Part shown: positions 47,161 through 61,245 of the stretch, piece after piece | How positions within the stretch are numbered: position 1 is the stretch's first letter | Layout of the letters: every line of letters begins with the position of its first letter | Source: Mobula hypostoma | Taxonomy: Eukaryota | Direction: 5' to 3' | Assembly: GCF_963921235.1 (NCBI RefSeq) | Contig: NC_086097.1 | Span: 155,002,001-155,066,000, forward strand | Length of the DNA stretch: 64,000 bases | Notes under the pieces: generated by a model | The model's database searches: none | The model's input: only the letters and a program-made list of their open reading frames with translations | What the model was told of the DNA's origin: nothing | Made by a program: the position numbers and the translations under genes

Positions 47161-49544
47161 TTATTCCCTGGAAGAAGAGAAACACAGAGATTTTTTCCTC
47201 AACAAGACCAAATCATATGACTTGGGACAGTGATCACACATGCAGCGATAAACACTTCCATCCTTTTAGCTAAACTGGTAAACAGATCAAAGTTAATATT
47301 GGAATGTATAATCATTTAAAAAATGCTTTATATACTTAGCAGGTCAAGCAGCTCTCACAGAGCTAGAATCAGTGCTTATATTTTAGACCAATAACTTTTT
47401 GTTAGGGCTGTAAATAGTTGGAAGAAAAGGCTTTAAAATGCAGAGAAGGTAGAGGAGAGAAGGAACAATTTGAATGAGTGAACGAAAGGAGAGATTAAAT
47501 AACAAAATGTGTGATACTGCAAGGTAATGAAGGCCTAAAGAAGGTACAATTGAAGAATCATTATCTAACAATGCCAAAGAAAGGCTAAATGCTGAAAAAT
47601 CTCTTTGAAATGATTTGATCCCCAGACAAGGTCCCTGTAGCCATATTAACTTCATGGTGTACTGGAACTATGCGGCCAAACTGTTTGCATGCGGCCAGTA
47701 GGCCTTAGAACATTCCACCCCAGGTCCCCCATATGGATTAAGCTACCATGGCCTTTCCACTCTCTTCAGATGTTTGTGATGATCAAGATATTTTGGCTAA
47801 TCGATGAAAATCCTGAAATTATACATTTAAAATACCCCTTTTCATGGAAATTAATTGAAATGCTAATATTACGTTTAAAATAGAAGACAAAATCAAGTCT
47901 ACTTATCTTTTTAATGATGCTATTGGATCTTTTACTTCCAGCTAAAAGAACGGGCAGAAATTTGGTTTAAACCTCATCCTAAACATGGAAGTTTTCATGA
48001 ATACTGCAATGTAATTCAGCTGCAGAGATACGTTCATCTTCTGTGAGTAAGGTCTGAATGACCAACTCCCTGACCCAGAACTGCGATGGTATTCAGGTAC
48101 GAAATTGTAAATTAGTCTGTGTAAAAATCTTAATAGATTTCTCTCCTAAATATTCAAACTACAGGTATATGGGCATGCCCAGATGAGAAATTGATTGCAT
48201 AGATCAATCTGTTAGATCTTTTCTTCAGCCATTGTCATTTTGTTACTTCTGTATCAGATAACTTATTATTATTAAACAAACATGGTAATGCTCAAAGACT
48301 CAAATGGTTAATGTGGTTTCCAAGATAATGTAGATAATGGCTCCCACTCAACAACCAAAATAAAAAACAGGGTCTCTGATTATATACTACTGCAAAATTT
48401 ATTTTTACTAGAAAGATTTCTTTAATAAGATGTTACAATATGTAGAGGGATTTGGAAGCTTGAAGAAAAAGATCAACCAACACTTGCTTCTCTAAGATCC
48501 TTCAAAAAGACCAACAACGTCTCACTAAAACTTTATGGCCCATTTTAGTGGAATAATTCAATAGGAATGAAAGTGGGTATTTTCTGAGGAAGTGCACTCC
48601 TTCTGTTTGTGCTGGTCTTTTATATGGTCATGGACTTTTCATTCCATGGTCCTTCTCACTTTGAGCAATCATGAGCCAGGGAGATGTTGGATTTTTTCGT
48701 GGCATTTGGATATATCATTGAACCTTTTTCTTTATCTTCCCAGTGATCTTTTCCAGAACTCAGAATAGATTGTTTTACGAGCTGCACAAAGGAACAGCAT
48801 CACCCACCCAACAGAGCTGATTGAGTGAAATTAAGAATTCTATGTTGGGCTGTTGTCCTGGGAGAGGGCATTGATATTGGTTTTCTTACCCTTTTAGTGA
48901 AGAGCATTTTACTGACACCAGAAACATACAGCACAGTACAGACCCATCTGCTCATGATGTTGTGCCAATCTTTTAACCTACTCTAAGATCAACCTTCCCT
49001 CCTACACAGTCCATAATATTTCATTCTTCCTTCTTCAGTGTGCTATCTAATTCTCTTCAGTGTCAAAAATATATTAGCCTTTAACTCCATCCCTGGCAGT
49101 GCATTTCACACACTTAGCACTCACTGTGTTAAAAAAAACTCATTCATCTCCCCTAAGCTTTCCTCCAGTCATCTTATCATCTTATACACCTCTATCAAGT
49201 CACTCCTCATCCTCCATCGCTCCACAGAGAAAGGCCCCTGGTGATATTTCTCTAAAGTCCAAATTGTAGAAGAATATATGAGGGCAGGAATCACTGCTGC
49301 CCAGTAGCCATCATTAGAGCATTGGTTTTGAGATTTTGTTCTTCAAATACTCTTTTCTTCATTCAGCTAGTGGCTCTGCCAACTGCATTTAGTATAGAAT
49401 ATCTTCTGCATAACTTTCCAAGATGTATCTGGAACCAAATACATTACACTACATTTGATCAGACTAGGTTTTGTGCAGTTGGAGCATCATTTTGAAACCC
49501 TTGAATTCTGTTCCTCTGGATAAGATGACCACATCATTGACTGA

Positions 49545-49775
49545 GGTACAAACCTGACCCCCTGTTCTTCCTGTGTGGAGTTTGTACAGTATATTCGCCC
49601 TGTGACTGTGTGATTTCTCCTGGGTGATGCAGTTTTTCCCAATATCACAGGAACAACATGTTAGTAGGTTAATTTGTCGCAGTAAATTGCCCCTAGTCCA
49701 AGGAAGTGGCAGCGGAATTAGGGAAAGGGGCAAGTTGATGGGAATGTATGAGAGAATAAATTATAGAGAATCTGG
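49545..49775 (+). mobile_element. V-SINE fragment
   Basis: tgtgtggagtttgtac...gtgactgtgtgatttctcctgggtgatgcagtttttccc. Confidence 0.6.
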
Positions 49776-50139
49776 GACCTCAGTTGTCTTGCATTCCATG
49801 CCACTTGACCGTAACCCTGATCTGTCAAGAACCACATGATAGCTACCATGCATCAGACGCCCCACATTAAACTAAGTGGTGCACAGGTGTCCTCCATTAA
49901 GGGATCCACCTGAACATCCCAGATTGGCCTCTACAGCCACCCTAGGACCTACCAATAGACAACCTCTTAAGAGAACATCGTACTCAGCTCAAGAGATTGC
50001 ACTACTAGAGAAATAGGTGGAGGACTGGGATTGTTATCAAACCCAGTGAAAACTTGATGGCCCAAATAACCTCCTTCTACATCATGAAGAAATATATGAA
50101 ATATGAGATAATAATTTCTTTCATTACTTATTGCATTAG

Positions 50140-50935
50140 TAGTGAGCAACCTACAGAGCCTGTAGGGAGCCTACAGGGAAGAAGTCATCACCCTAACACA
50201 GTGATGTCAAGAAAACAACCTCTCCCTCAATGTTGCAAAAACAAAGGAGCTGGTTGTGGACTACAGAAGGAATGGAGACAGGCTAACCCCTATTGTCATC
50301 AATGCAGTGGGGTTGAGAAGGTGACCAGCTTTAAGTTCTTCAGCATAGACATCACCAAGGATATTGGCTATTTGGTGAAAAAAGTACAACAGCACTTCTT
50401 TCACCTTGAAGAAGTTTGGCATAAGTTCCCAAATCCTAAGGACTTTGTACAAGGGCACAATTGAGAGCATCCTAACTGGTTGCATCACTGCCTGGTATGG
50501 AAACTGTACTTCCCTTAATCACAGAGCACTGCAGAGATTGGTGTGGACAGCCCAGCACATCTGTAGATGTAAACTTCCCACTTTTCAGGACATTTACAGA
50601 GACAGGTACATAAAAAGGGCCCATAGGATCATTGGGGACCTGAGTCACTCCAACCACAAACTGTTCCAGCTGCTACCATACATGAAATGATACTGCAGCA
50701 TAAAAGCCAGGACCAACAGACTCTGAGACAGTTTTTACCAGCAGGCCATCAGACTGTTTAATTCATGCTGATACAGTTGTATTTCTATGCTATATTGATT
50801 ATCCTGTTGTACATACTATTTATTACAAATTACTATAAATTGTATATTGCACATTTAGACAGAGACGTAACATAAGGATTTTTACTCATGTATGTGAAGG
50901 ATGTAAGTAATAAATAAAGTCAATTCAATTCATTC
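50140..50935 (+). mobile_element. Rex1/Babar 3' fragment
   Basis: TIESILTGCITAWYGNCT; tail aataaagtcaattcaattca. Confidence 0.82.
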
Positions 50936-51519
50936 ATTCTTTCAACCATCAAAGCACCATGACTGCAACATTTCCCATGATAAATTGCATTGCTATTACT
51001 TACCTAATGTACTCCAACAAGACCAACAGCACTTCCCATCATTACTACATCAAAGGAAAATGGCATCAGGTGCATAGTAACATAACTCCTTGGAAAATCT
51101 CCTCCAGGCCACAGACTATCCTGACTTAGAAGTGTATTGTTGCTCATTCTCATCACTGACTTCACATTCTGGTTTGTTCCCTACCCAACCACATGGTAAC
51201 AGTACCTTCATGGGAAGCACCACGCTAATCCAGGAAAACATTGCAGGTGTTAGCCACGGTAGCAACGTCCCATAAATGAATGAAAAAACACTTTATTCGT
51301 TTCAAAGCTGTCTATGCTGTTCAATGATATCTGAACATGCTGTCTTAAGTTTCATTGGGCCTCCAACACTGTTTTTCCAGACATGTTAAAGCAACATCGG
51401 AAACCAGGAAAGTGATGGACAGTCAGACTATCTGGTTTTCTGTACCTCATACTGGTGGAATCCAGTAACATTTGTAAACTCCCCTTTATATATATAGTAT
51501 GGGTCTATGGTATGGCTAG

Positions 51520-52165
51520 AAGGCATAGGTCTGAGGTGAGATGAAGGTATTTAAAAAGGCATTTGAGAGGAAAGTTTTCTTGTACAGAGAGTAGTTGTTA
51601 CCTTGAGTTCACTATAGGAAAAGGTGATGGAGTTCATATCTCCCTGAATATGGCAACAAAAGTTGAAAAGGTTGTAAAGAAGGCTTGTGGCATGCTTCCC
51701 TTCATCGATTGGGACACGGAGTACATACAGTCAGGAAGTCATTTTGCAGCTACCGTATATAATCCTTTGGTTAGACCACATGTGGAATATTGTTTGCAAT
51801 TCTGGTCATCGATTACAGGAAGGATGTGGAGGCTTTGGAGATGGTACAGAGAAGGTTCACCAGGATTCTGTCTGGGTTACAGAGCCTTAGCTGTAAGGAG
51901 AAGTTATACAAACTTAGATTTCTTTCAGAACCTGAGGGTGGATCTGACAGAGGTTTATAAAATTATAAGAACCCTACATAAGAGATAGTCAGAAATGTCA
52001 AATACATGAGAAGATAGCTTTCAGGTTAGAGGGTGAAAGTTTAAAGGCAGTGTTGAGGGTAAGTTTTTTTTTACACAGAAAGTGGTAGATAGGGAAATGC
52101 ACTGAAAGGGGTAGTGATGGAAGCAAACATTATAGTGAAATATAAGAGGCATTTTGGCACATAAA
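51520..52165 (+). mobile_element. CR1 3' fragments
   Basis: YNPLVRPHVEYCLQFWS and LRVDLTEVYKII. Confidence 0.7.
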
Positions 52166-52184
52166 TTTTCAGGGATGAAGCAAC

Positions 52185-52583
52185 TCCCATTCATCTTAAT
52201 GGAACGGTACCTTAGGAAGGCAAAATCCTTCATTAAGGACCCCCACCACCCAGAACATGCCTTTTTCTCACTGTTACTGTCGGGAAGGAGGTACAGAAGC
52301 CTGAAGGCCTACACTCAGCTATTCAGCCACAGCTTCTTCCCCTCTGCCATCCAATTTCTAAATGGACATTGAACTCATGAACACAATCTCACTACTTTTT
52401 TTATTTCTTTTTTTTGCACTACTTATTTTAAAATATAACCTATTTAAGATAAATATACACATATTTATTGTAATACAGTTTTTTTTTCTCTAATCTATTT
52501 ATCATGTATTTCATTGTACTGCTGCCATAAATTTAACGAATTTCAGGACTAATGCCAGTGATATTAAACCTGATTCTGATTCA
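52185..52583 (+). mobile_element. Rex1/Babar 3' end
   Basis: IKDPHHPEHAFFSLLLSGRRYRSLK; tail attaaacctgattctgattc. Confidence 0.75.
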
Positions 52584-52619
52584 TAGAGCAAGGCACCAGA
52601 AGTAAGAGCAACAACAAGG

Positions 52620-55220
52620 TAGTTGCAGAAGGCAGTGATTTGGGTTGGTGGGCTGGTCTATATTCAAGGAATCATCAATGATGATTCCTTGAACAGTGAG
52701 TGGCATCCAACTCTTCACTGATGATTGAGTTCATTTATGTGAAGTGAAGACTATTTTATATACCAAAGGAGTTCACTACAGTTGTGCTGGTAGCTGTATA
52801 TATCCTCCGCACGCCACCCCCCACCCTGCTAACGCTGGTGAGGCACTGTGAGCTCTACGGCACCGTCAGTGACTTTCAAACCAGACACCCTGATGTTACC
52901 TTCATTGTCGCTAGCGATTTTAACCATTTAAATTTTTTTTTTTTAAAAGTCCTGATTAAATTCCACCAGCATGTTGCTTTTGCTACCACAGTTGAAAATA
53001 CACGAGACCTGGTTTATACTAACCTGGCTGCTGATCAAGGGGGCCAAACCAGTTCTAAAAGTGGTGAAAACCTGGCCTGAGGGAGCAATCTCAGCACTGG
53101 AGGACTGCTTTGAGAGCACAAACTGGAGAATGTTCAGAGAGACTGCTACCTATGGCAGCCACATCAACATCAAGGAATATGTAGATTCTGTGACCAGCCA
53201 CATAGAGAAATATAATGAGGATGTTACCATCAGGAAACACATCCGGCTGAGGGCAGATCAGAAGCCATTTCTTACTTCAGAGGTCCATGCATAGTTGAGG
53301 GATCGTGATGCTGCCTTCAGATTAGAGGATGTGACAGCTCTCTGGGAAGTAAGAACTGTGGTATCCCACTCCATCAGGAAGGCAAAATGGGAGCATTCTC
53401 AGAGAATATGCAACCACTTCTGTGATACCAAGGACACGATGTGCATGTGGCAGGATTCAGAGGTTTACAGACTCTAAGTCTACCCAGCGTGTCAGTGACC
53501 AGGATCCCTCACACCCCGAGAGGCTGAATGTCTTTCATACCTAGTGTGATGTGCAGAACAAAGTGCTGGTGAGGAAGGCACCCCTCCCCCCAGGGGAGCA
53601 GACACACCATCTGACTGAAGCTGTGAGGAAGCCCTTGGCCTGAGTCAACCCACACAAAGCTGCAGGGCCCGATAATATACCAGGTCAGGTTCTGAAAGGC
53701 TGCGCAGCCCAGCTAACTAAGGTTCTGATGGATATATTCAGCTTCTCTCTGGAACAGGCTTGCCCCTTTGTTTTTAAGGTGGCAACCAGTGCCAAAAAAG
53801 GTGACAGTAATTTGCCTAAATGGCTATCGTCTGGTGGCATTAACATCAACCATTATGAAATGCTTTGAGTGGCTGGTCATGGAGCTCATTACAGCCTTTT
53901 TCCTGGCTACATTGTACTCTTTCCAGTTTGCTTACTGCTCGAATTGATCCACCAACAATGCAATAGACTCTGCCCTCCACTCTGTCCTGTCCCACCTGTC
54001 CTGAAAGATAGGGTCTTGTATGCCAACCTGCAGCTTATAAACTTCAGTTTGGCATTCAACACCATCATACCTCAGAAAATGGTGAGAAAACTGTCCTCAC
54101 TGAGTCTCAACACCTCCCTCTGCAACTGGATCCCCGATTTCTTAACAGAAAGGCCACAGTCAGTCTGTGTTGGGGCAGCAGCGGTTCTAGTCCTATTACG
54201 CTGAGCACAGGTGCTCTCCAGGGCTGCTTGTTCAGCCTGTTGCTGTTGACACTGTTGACACGTGACTGTGTCGCAGGATCCAGCTCAAACCGTGTCATCA
54301 AGTTTGCAGATGACACAACAGTGACTGGCTTCATCAACAGCAATGAGACAGAGGACAGCAAGGAAGTGGAGTGGCCGGTGGATTGGTGAGAGAAGAACGA
54401 CCCAATTGTGAATGTGGAGAAGACCAAGGAAATCATTGTCGACTTCAGGAAGGTGCAGTTGACCCATTCCCTTCAGCGAATAAATAGCTCCTCCATAGAG
54501 AGAGTTAACCACACCAAGTTCCTGGGAGTTCACGTCACGGATGACCTCATCTGGTCCCTTATTATCACCTCCCTGAAAAGGAAGACACAGCAGCACCTGC
54601 AGCTCCTAAGCAGACTAAGGCAAGAGAGGCTCCCCCTCCCATATATTAACCACATTTTATCGGAACAGCATTTTGAGCGTCTTGACAAGTTGCATCTCCA
54701 TCTGGTACGGGAGCAGCCAAGCATCAGACCAGAAGTCCCTACAAAGGACTGTAACAATGGCTGAGAGGATCACAGGGGCCTCCCTACCATCCAGCAGGGA
54801 CATTTATCAAAAGTGTTGTATACGCAGGGCCCTTAGTATTATTAAGGTTCCCACCTATCCATCTACCCTCCTCTTTGACTTTCTACCACCGGGCAGGACA
54901 ATCCGATGCATAAAAACAAGAACAGTCAGGATGGGAAACTTTCTTCCCTCAGGCCATTAGGCTTCTGACTCCTTGACACATTGCATTCAAAGTGTCACTT
55001 GTTAATCTGTTCTGTACTTTACAATATTTAATGTATGCACTTTAGTTTGTTTATTTATACGTAATTCATCCGTAGATTTTACCCGTGCTTCCATAAGTTA
55101 TTGGGTGTTATGTGCGTTATGTGTACTACTGTGCTTTACACCCTGGTTCAAAGAGACATTGTCTCGTTTATACAGTATACCCGTATATAGTAAAATGACA
55201 ATAAGTTTGACCTGACTTGA
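52620..55220 (+). mobile_element. Rex1/Babar LINE, long degraded copy
   Basis: Endonuclease (VAVYI, ASDFNH), RT ([17 protein letters not shown]) and tail ataagtttgacctgacttga. Confidence 0.88.
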
Positions 55221-56860
55221 CAAATACACCACAGTTGTCATTGACTTTATTAAAACACTTGTGGATGAGTGTGTCCCCACAAAATCATTCAGTCTTCCCC
55301 AATCAGAAGCTCTGGATGAACCATGAGAAGCACAACCTGTTATGGGCTTGGTCTATTGACCGAGTATAACATTAAAAATCCAGGTATGATCTCTGGAAAG
55401 CCAACTCGTGCAATGTGGCAATTCCAGACCAAACTTGAATCACAGAAGGATGCTCAATTTCTGCTATCACCTCCCTCAAAGTAAAACAAATGACATACTG
55501 TACGTGACAACAAGGTTTCATTCCCAGATGAGCTCAATGCCTTTTTGTTCGTTTTCACTGACAGAAAAAGTAAGACAACTTCATGATCTCCCACAACCCC
55601 TGAAGACCCTATGATTTCAGACTCTAAGGTCTATGGAAGAACATCCTTCAGGAGGATGAACCCAGTGAAAGCATCTGACCCAAACGGCGTACCTGGCTGA
55701 GTACTGAATAACCATGCTAATCGACTGGCCGTAGTGTTTTATCCTCTTGTTTCAGCACTCTGAAGTGCCCTTTGCTTCAATTTTTCTGGTGCCCAAAAGA
55801 ACATGGTAACGTGCCTCAATGACTTTCATCTAATTATGTGAAGAAGTGCCTTGAGAAGTTGGTGATGAAATATATTAACTCGTGCCTAAGGAGTGACTTG
55901 GATCAGCTCCAATTTGCCTACATTCTGATGATGTATACATCAAGATGTTCTTTATTAACTGCAGCTCTGCATTCAACATTATCATCCTCCCTAATCCAAT
56001 CAATAGACTCCAAATCCCAAGCCTCAATACCTCCTTGTGCAACTGGATCCGTGAGTTTCTCACTTGCAGACCTCGTCAATTTGGATTGGCGACCACATCT
56101 CCTCCACAATCTCTATCCGCACAGGTGCACCACAAAGCTGTGTGCTTAGCCCATGGCTTTACTTGCATTATACTTATGACTGTGAGGCTAAGTACAGGTC
56201 CAATACCATATTTATGTTTACACATGGGGCACCACTATTGTAGGATAAATCAAAGGTGGTGATGAATCAGCATGTAGGAGGGAGATTGAAAATCTGGCTG
56301 AAAGATGCCATAGCAACAACCTCTCACTCAATGTCAGCAAAACCAATGAACTGATTATTGGCTTCAGGAGGAGGAAACCAGAGGTCTATGAGCCAGTCCT
56401 GATTGGGGAATCACAGGTGGAGAGGGTCAGCAACTTTAATTTCCTCAGAGTTATAATTTCAGAGGATCTGTCCTGGATCCACCACACAAGTGCCATCACA
56501 AGGAAAGCATGGCAGCGCCTCTTCTTACTCAGAGGTTTGCAAAGATTCGGCATGTCATCTAAAACTTTGACAAACTTCTATAGATACTTGGTGGAGACAA
56601 TACTGACAGGTTGCATCATGGACTGGTATGGAAACCCTCAGCCAGATCTTCAATCTCCCTCCTATCTGCTGATTCATCACCACCTTTGTTTCTGCTAATG
56701 ACAGTTCAGGAAGTTATTAGCCCTCAACCATCAGGCTCCTGAATCAGAGAGGATAACTTCACTCATCCCAACACTGAAATGATTCTACAACCCATGGACT
56801 CACTTTCAGGAATTCCTCAACTTGTGTTCTCATTTATTAGTTATTTATTTATAATGTAAT
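55221..56860 (+). mobile_element. Rex1/Babar LINE, degraded; similar subfamily to 37063-39620
   Basis: MKKCLEKLVMKYINSCLRSDLDQLQFAY, SSAFNII, and FGMSSKTLTNFYR. Confidence 0.85.
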
Positions 56861-58009
56861 TAACCTCTCTCTCTGTTGGCTCTCAATGAGTTAGCTTTTA
56901 CTGTGAATTCAACCGAACTGTAAAATAACTCTACAATGCCTGGGAATAACAATGAAAGATGTCATTTCCATTAAATGAACATGTCTAAGGTAAATGTGAT
57001 TTCAGGCACACACAAACATAAAAGTCTGAATGTTCCTTCTAAGGGAAAACGAAGGCAGTTACTGTATGAACACTGACACACCCACATAGATTTACCATTC
57101 GCCAAGAAACTATAATTTACAGCAGTATAAACTTGTATAAAAATGTATAAAAATGTATTGACAAAGATTTTTAAGCTGTAACAAACAATAATACCATATA
57201 ACACGAAATAAAGAAAATACCCATCATATATATAAATAATAGTCTATATTGTGCATGTAATCATTGGTGCTTATTGTTAGGTAATCAATCCAGTTTGCTT
57301 CACTTTGTTTAATCATGGTACTGAACCGGCTTTTTATTGAAGAACCCATCCCAGGGAAAAATTACTTACACAAGGTCCAAGAGAAAAAAACATCAAACTT
57401 TCTCCAAGGTCATGTGCTAACTAACTAAAAGTTAACTGTACATTCTCCAAAAGATCACTGTCAGCATAAGAGTTCTCCTGCAGTGGTCTCTGTCCTTCCA
57501 AGTAGGTCCTGTGAGCTTTTCAGCATGTTTCTCTGCTATATTCATTGCCTGTTTCCATTCTCCTTCTTTCTCCTTCTTCAATCTCACGTTCTCCCTGGAA
57601 AATGGCTTCCTGTTCTTTTGCCCGTGCTGCCTCTAGCATTTTCCCAAGGCAAATCCTAGTGGCTAATTCAACACCCCTAACTTATCAATCAACTGAACTT
57701 TTATTGTAAATAGCAAAAATGAAATACTTGATTGTATAATGGAATTAAAGGAACACCTACTGCATTTTGAGAAAATCTGCAGAAAATGAAATACCCAACA
57801 GCATAGCTGCATAAATAAAACAATGTTTTAAACTGGGGTATTACAATTATTATTTTGTTTATTTTTCTTATTGTATTTGCAAAATGTGCTGTTGTTTGCA
57901 CATTGGTTGTTGGGTTGTTGGTCTGTCTTTGTGTGCAGCTTTTCTTTGATTACATTATTATTTTTACTGTGAATGCCCACAAGAAAAAGAGAGCGCATAT
58001 AATAGAGCA

Positions 58010-58610
58010 AAAATTAGTGGAAGTTAGAGGTTTGGGAAGTTTATAAAACCAACAGAAGTCAGGTAAAAAAAGTCATAAAGAATGAACAGATGGAATACAA
58101 AAGGAAGCTACCCAATGTTATTAAAGAGGATACGAAAGTTTCTTTAGATACATAAAGTGTAAAAGAGAGACAAGAATGGATATTGGACTGCTGGAGAGAG
58201 GGACAAAGAAATGATGGACAAAAAGAATTTTGCATCTGTCTTCACTGTCGAAGACACAAGTAATATGGTGTAAGGGTCATGAATTATGTGAAGTTACCGT
58301 GACTAGAGAGAAAGCTCTTTGGAAACTGAAAGGTCTGGAGGTAGATAAGACACATGGACCAGACAATATACACACCAGGGTTTTGAAAGAGGTGGCTGAA
58401 GAGATTGTGGAGATATTAGTAATAATCTTTCAAAGATCACTCGATTCTGGAATAGTTCTGGAGGAAGGGAAAATTGCAAATGTCACTCCACTCTTTAAGA
58501 AGAAAGGAAATTATAGGCCAATTAGTCTGACCTCAGTGGTTAGGAAGATGGTGGTTGATTGTTAAGAATGTGGTTGGAGGTACATAGGAGCACATGATAA
58601 AGTAGACTGT
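58010..58610 (+). mobile_element. CR1 ORF2 fragment
   Basis: GPDNIHTRVLKEVAEEIV...ANVTPLFKKKGNYRPISLTSVV. Confidence 0.8.
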
Positions 58611-58667
58611 AATTGGCATATATGTACGTTGATTATAAATTTACTCTGATCATATGGATCTCTTGCA

Positions 58668-59420
58668 AAGGTTCAAAGTTTCACAGGTTCATTTTATTAT
58701 CAAAGTATATATGCAGGATACAACTCTGAGATTTGTCTTCTCCAGTTAACCATAAAATACAGAAAAAACATGGAAATTGTTGAGGACCCCTCCCGAACGA
58801 AAAGGATAAAGAAATAAAACTCACAAACCCAAACACCCCAACCTTTCCCTCACACAAAAACTAACAGATCACCCACCAGGACATGGCAGCTAAAACATCA
58901 AACTCCAAACCTTCCCAAACTTTCCCCTCGCACAAAAACTAACAGATCACCCACCCAGACACGGCAGCGAAAACATCACACTCCAAACCTCCAAGCTCCT
59001 TCCACACAAAAAATCAGCAACAACAACATCAAATGCCCAACCTCTCCCTCACCCAAAAAGAGTAACATCTCACCCATCTGCCAATCGGAAGCAAGAAAGA
59101 AAACACAGATTTAATTGAAGGAGAGGAATATAAGCAATAATCACATAATGGTCCACACCAATAATCACACGTCTCAGAATTTCAAAATTATCATCGAGGC
59201 AAGTAACAGCTTGAACCCGATCCTTCCGTGAGGTCTTCATCCATCAAGAAGGCATGATACAGCCTGCTGTGGGAAACGACCTCGAGCCCGACACGGCCTC
59301 CCGTAGGGAGCGACTTACAACCCAATGCAGCCCCCTGTGGGAAGCGACCCCCACCCCCGCCCCGGCATGACACTGCCTCTCATGGGGAGTGATCTGCAGC
59401 CCATTACGGCCTGCTGTGGG
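58668..59420 (-). mobile_element. Non-coding retroelement with Rex1-type tail and internal tandem repeats
   Basis: Rex1-like tail at ~58670-58745. ~78-bp unit (cacaaaaactaacagatcacccacc...aaaacatca.actccaaacc) twice plus partial copies at 58840-59080. ~33-40-bp GC-rich unit (cc.gtggg.agcgac) 4-5 times at 59262-59420. Confidence 0.5.
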
Positions 59421-60876
59421 CCATGCAGGCAGATAGATTTAGTTTAATTTGTCATCATGGTGACAGCACACATCATGGGCAAAATAGACTGTTCCTGTGC
59501 CCTACTGTCCTATGCTCCATGAGTCCGAAATGATCACTACACTGAACAATTAGACAGGCACTTAAAAAGGCAGATCAGTAAAAGATTAGGGTGAAGTGTG
59601 GATCTATTATCCACAGAAGGATATGGATTCAGTAAAGGCATATGGGAGACGGACAGAAAAAAAAAAATCAGCATATATGCACTGGGCCAAAGATTCTTTT
59701 CTGTACAATTCTATCACTCTGAGATGCTAAGCAATGGAATATGCTGGATTCAGAATGAATATGAAAGTTAATTTAAAAGTAATGAAAATAACATTTAAAG
59801 CAGACTGACAAAGATTAGAACCTATTTAACAACCTTTTTAACAAGGTTGCACACTGAAATACAAATCTCGCCATCTCTTCACTGCCTGTGAGAGTTACAA
59901 TGATTTGAAATTTTCCCCATTACGTTGTACCACCAAACTCTATCCAGGCTTTTGTAACAGCACTTTAACAACACCCTGGGAGCTAATCTGCACCATGACC
60001 ACTCTGATATAACATAAAAGAACACATCCTTCAACATGCTTCGTTCACATTTACCTGAATTTGAAAAAAATACCATCTCCAACATCAGACCCAACATGTT
60101 GTAGAGTCATGAGGTAAGCCCTGAGTGATATACCATGACCTTTGACACAGGACCTTGCAGACAATTGAAGCAGAAGACGGGTTACTATAGAAACCGTCAT
60201 TTGGGAACAGAAATGTTATCTTAATGAGGAATGACTATTCTTTCTAAGGTTATGTATGTTCTGCCTTTGACTTGCACTGACAACTGGGCACCCAAAAGAG
60301 AAAACTCTGCCTTCAGAAAGGCACTTGCAAGTGTTAAACCTACAAAAAAATAGATCCAGATCATTCTAAAAACAGCTTACAACATATTTTGACAGTCATA
60401 TTGGCCTTTCAGTTAGATACAGCTAAAATAGCACTCTACAGTCTGTCGAGTTACTGGAGACAGTGACTCAAAGTGTCCTTGAGATTAACAGTAAACTTGG
60501 TGTCACAGCCATGAGGAATGAAATACTGCTTTCAACTGATGCTGACAATATTCTCTTCACAGAAGCTAACAGGTCACTGAGTAAGAAGAAACTTAATTCT
60601 AAACAGAATTCCTGAACTTTTACTGTATTGAGCATTCTCGATTCTCACAGGGAAATGTAACATTAGATCATGTGGGAATGTAAAGCAGAAATACTTAATT
60701 TAAAACAAATGGTTACACAAACAATACTATACAGTTACTGAAATACTTATTCAAAAAATAGACTTGTTGCACTCGATATTAAAAAAAATAAACCACCAAC
60801 CTGTAAGGAAATCTCATTAAAAGAACATTCTTTGACACAAAGAATTTTAAAAATCGCTTCCGTTTCAGATTCTTAC

Positions 60877-61245
60877 CCTGTAGCAGTTTCCTTTGGAAAG
60901 AAGTCTCCACATCAAGTTTTAATGATAACAAGGAAAAAAATTACAAATGAAAAGGAAATAAATAAACTACTGTACCCTATTTAATTTTGTTGAAGTTGCA
61001 CTTCTTCCAGCACGAATCCAAACGGCAAAACTTCTCCAAGAGACCAGGTCGCACTCAGTTTTGTACATAAAAGGCAACAATCTGTGAAAAATGAATATTG
61101 CCTTTTCACTGTTTTATTTTCTTCCCTCACTAAACCCCTCATCTCTTGATCATTTTCAGTCCTACTAGAGAGGGGCAGTGTCAATGCATTAAGTTTCAGC
61201 GGCAGGGCATGGACTAACCAGACCGTCAGCCCATCCAATTATAGC
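60877..61245 (-). promoter_or_regulatory. Candidate non-coding exon 1 and proximal promoter of col22a1
   Basis: Strong minus-strand donor CAGG|GTAAGA (exon end 60877) inside a repeat-free block with several CpGs. CCAAT/CArG-like ccaattatag at 61235-61244. Inference only; the true exon 1 may lie outside the window. Confidence 0.3.

Noticed and set aside
58840..59420. Repeat-spacer-like arrays suggestive of CRISPR
   Set aside because: Vertebrate intron; units are degenerate tandem copies with no unique spacers and no cas genes.
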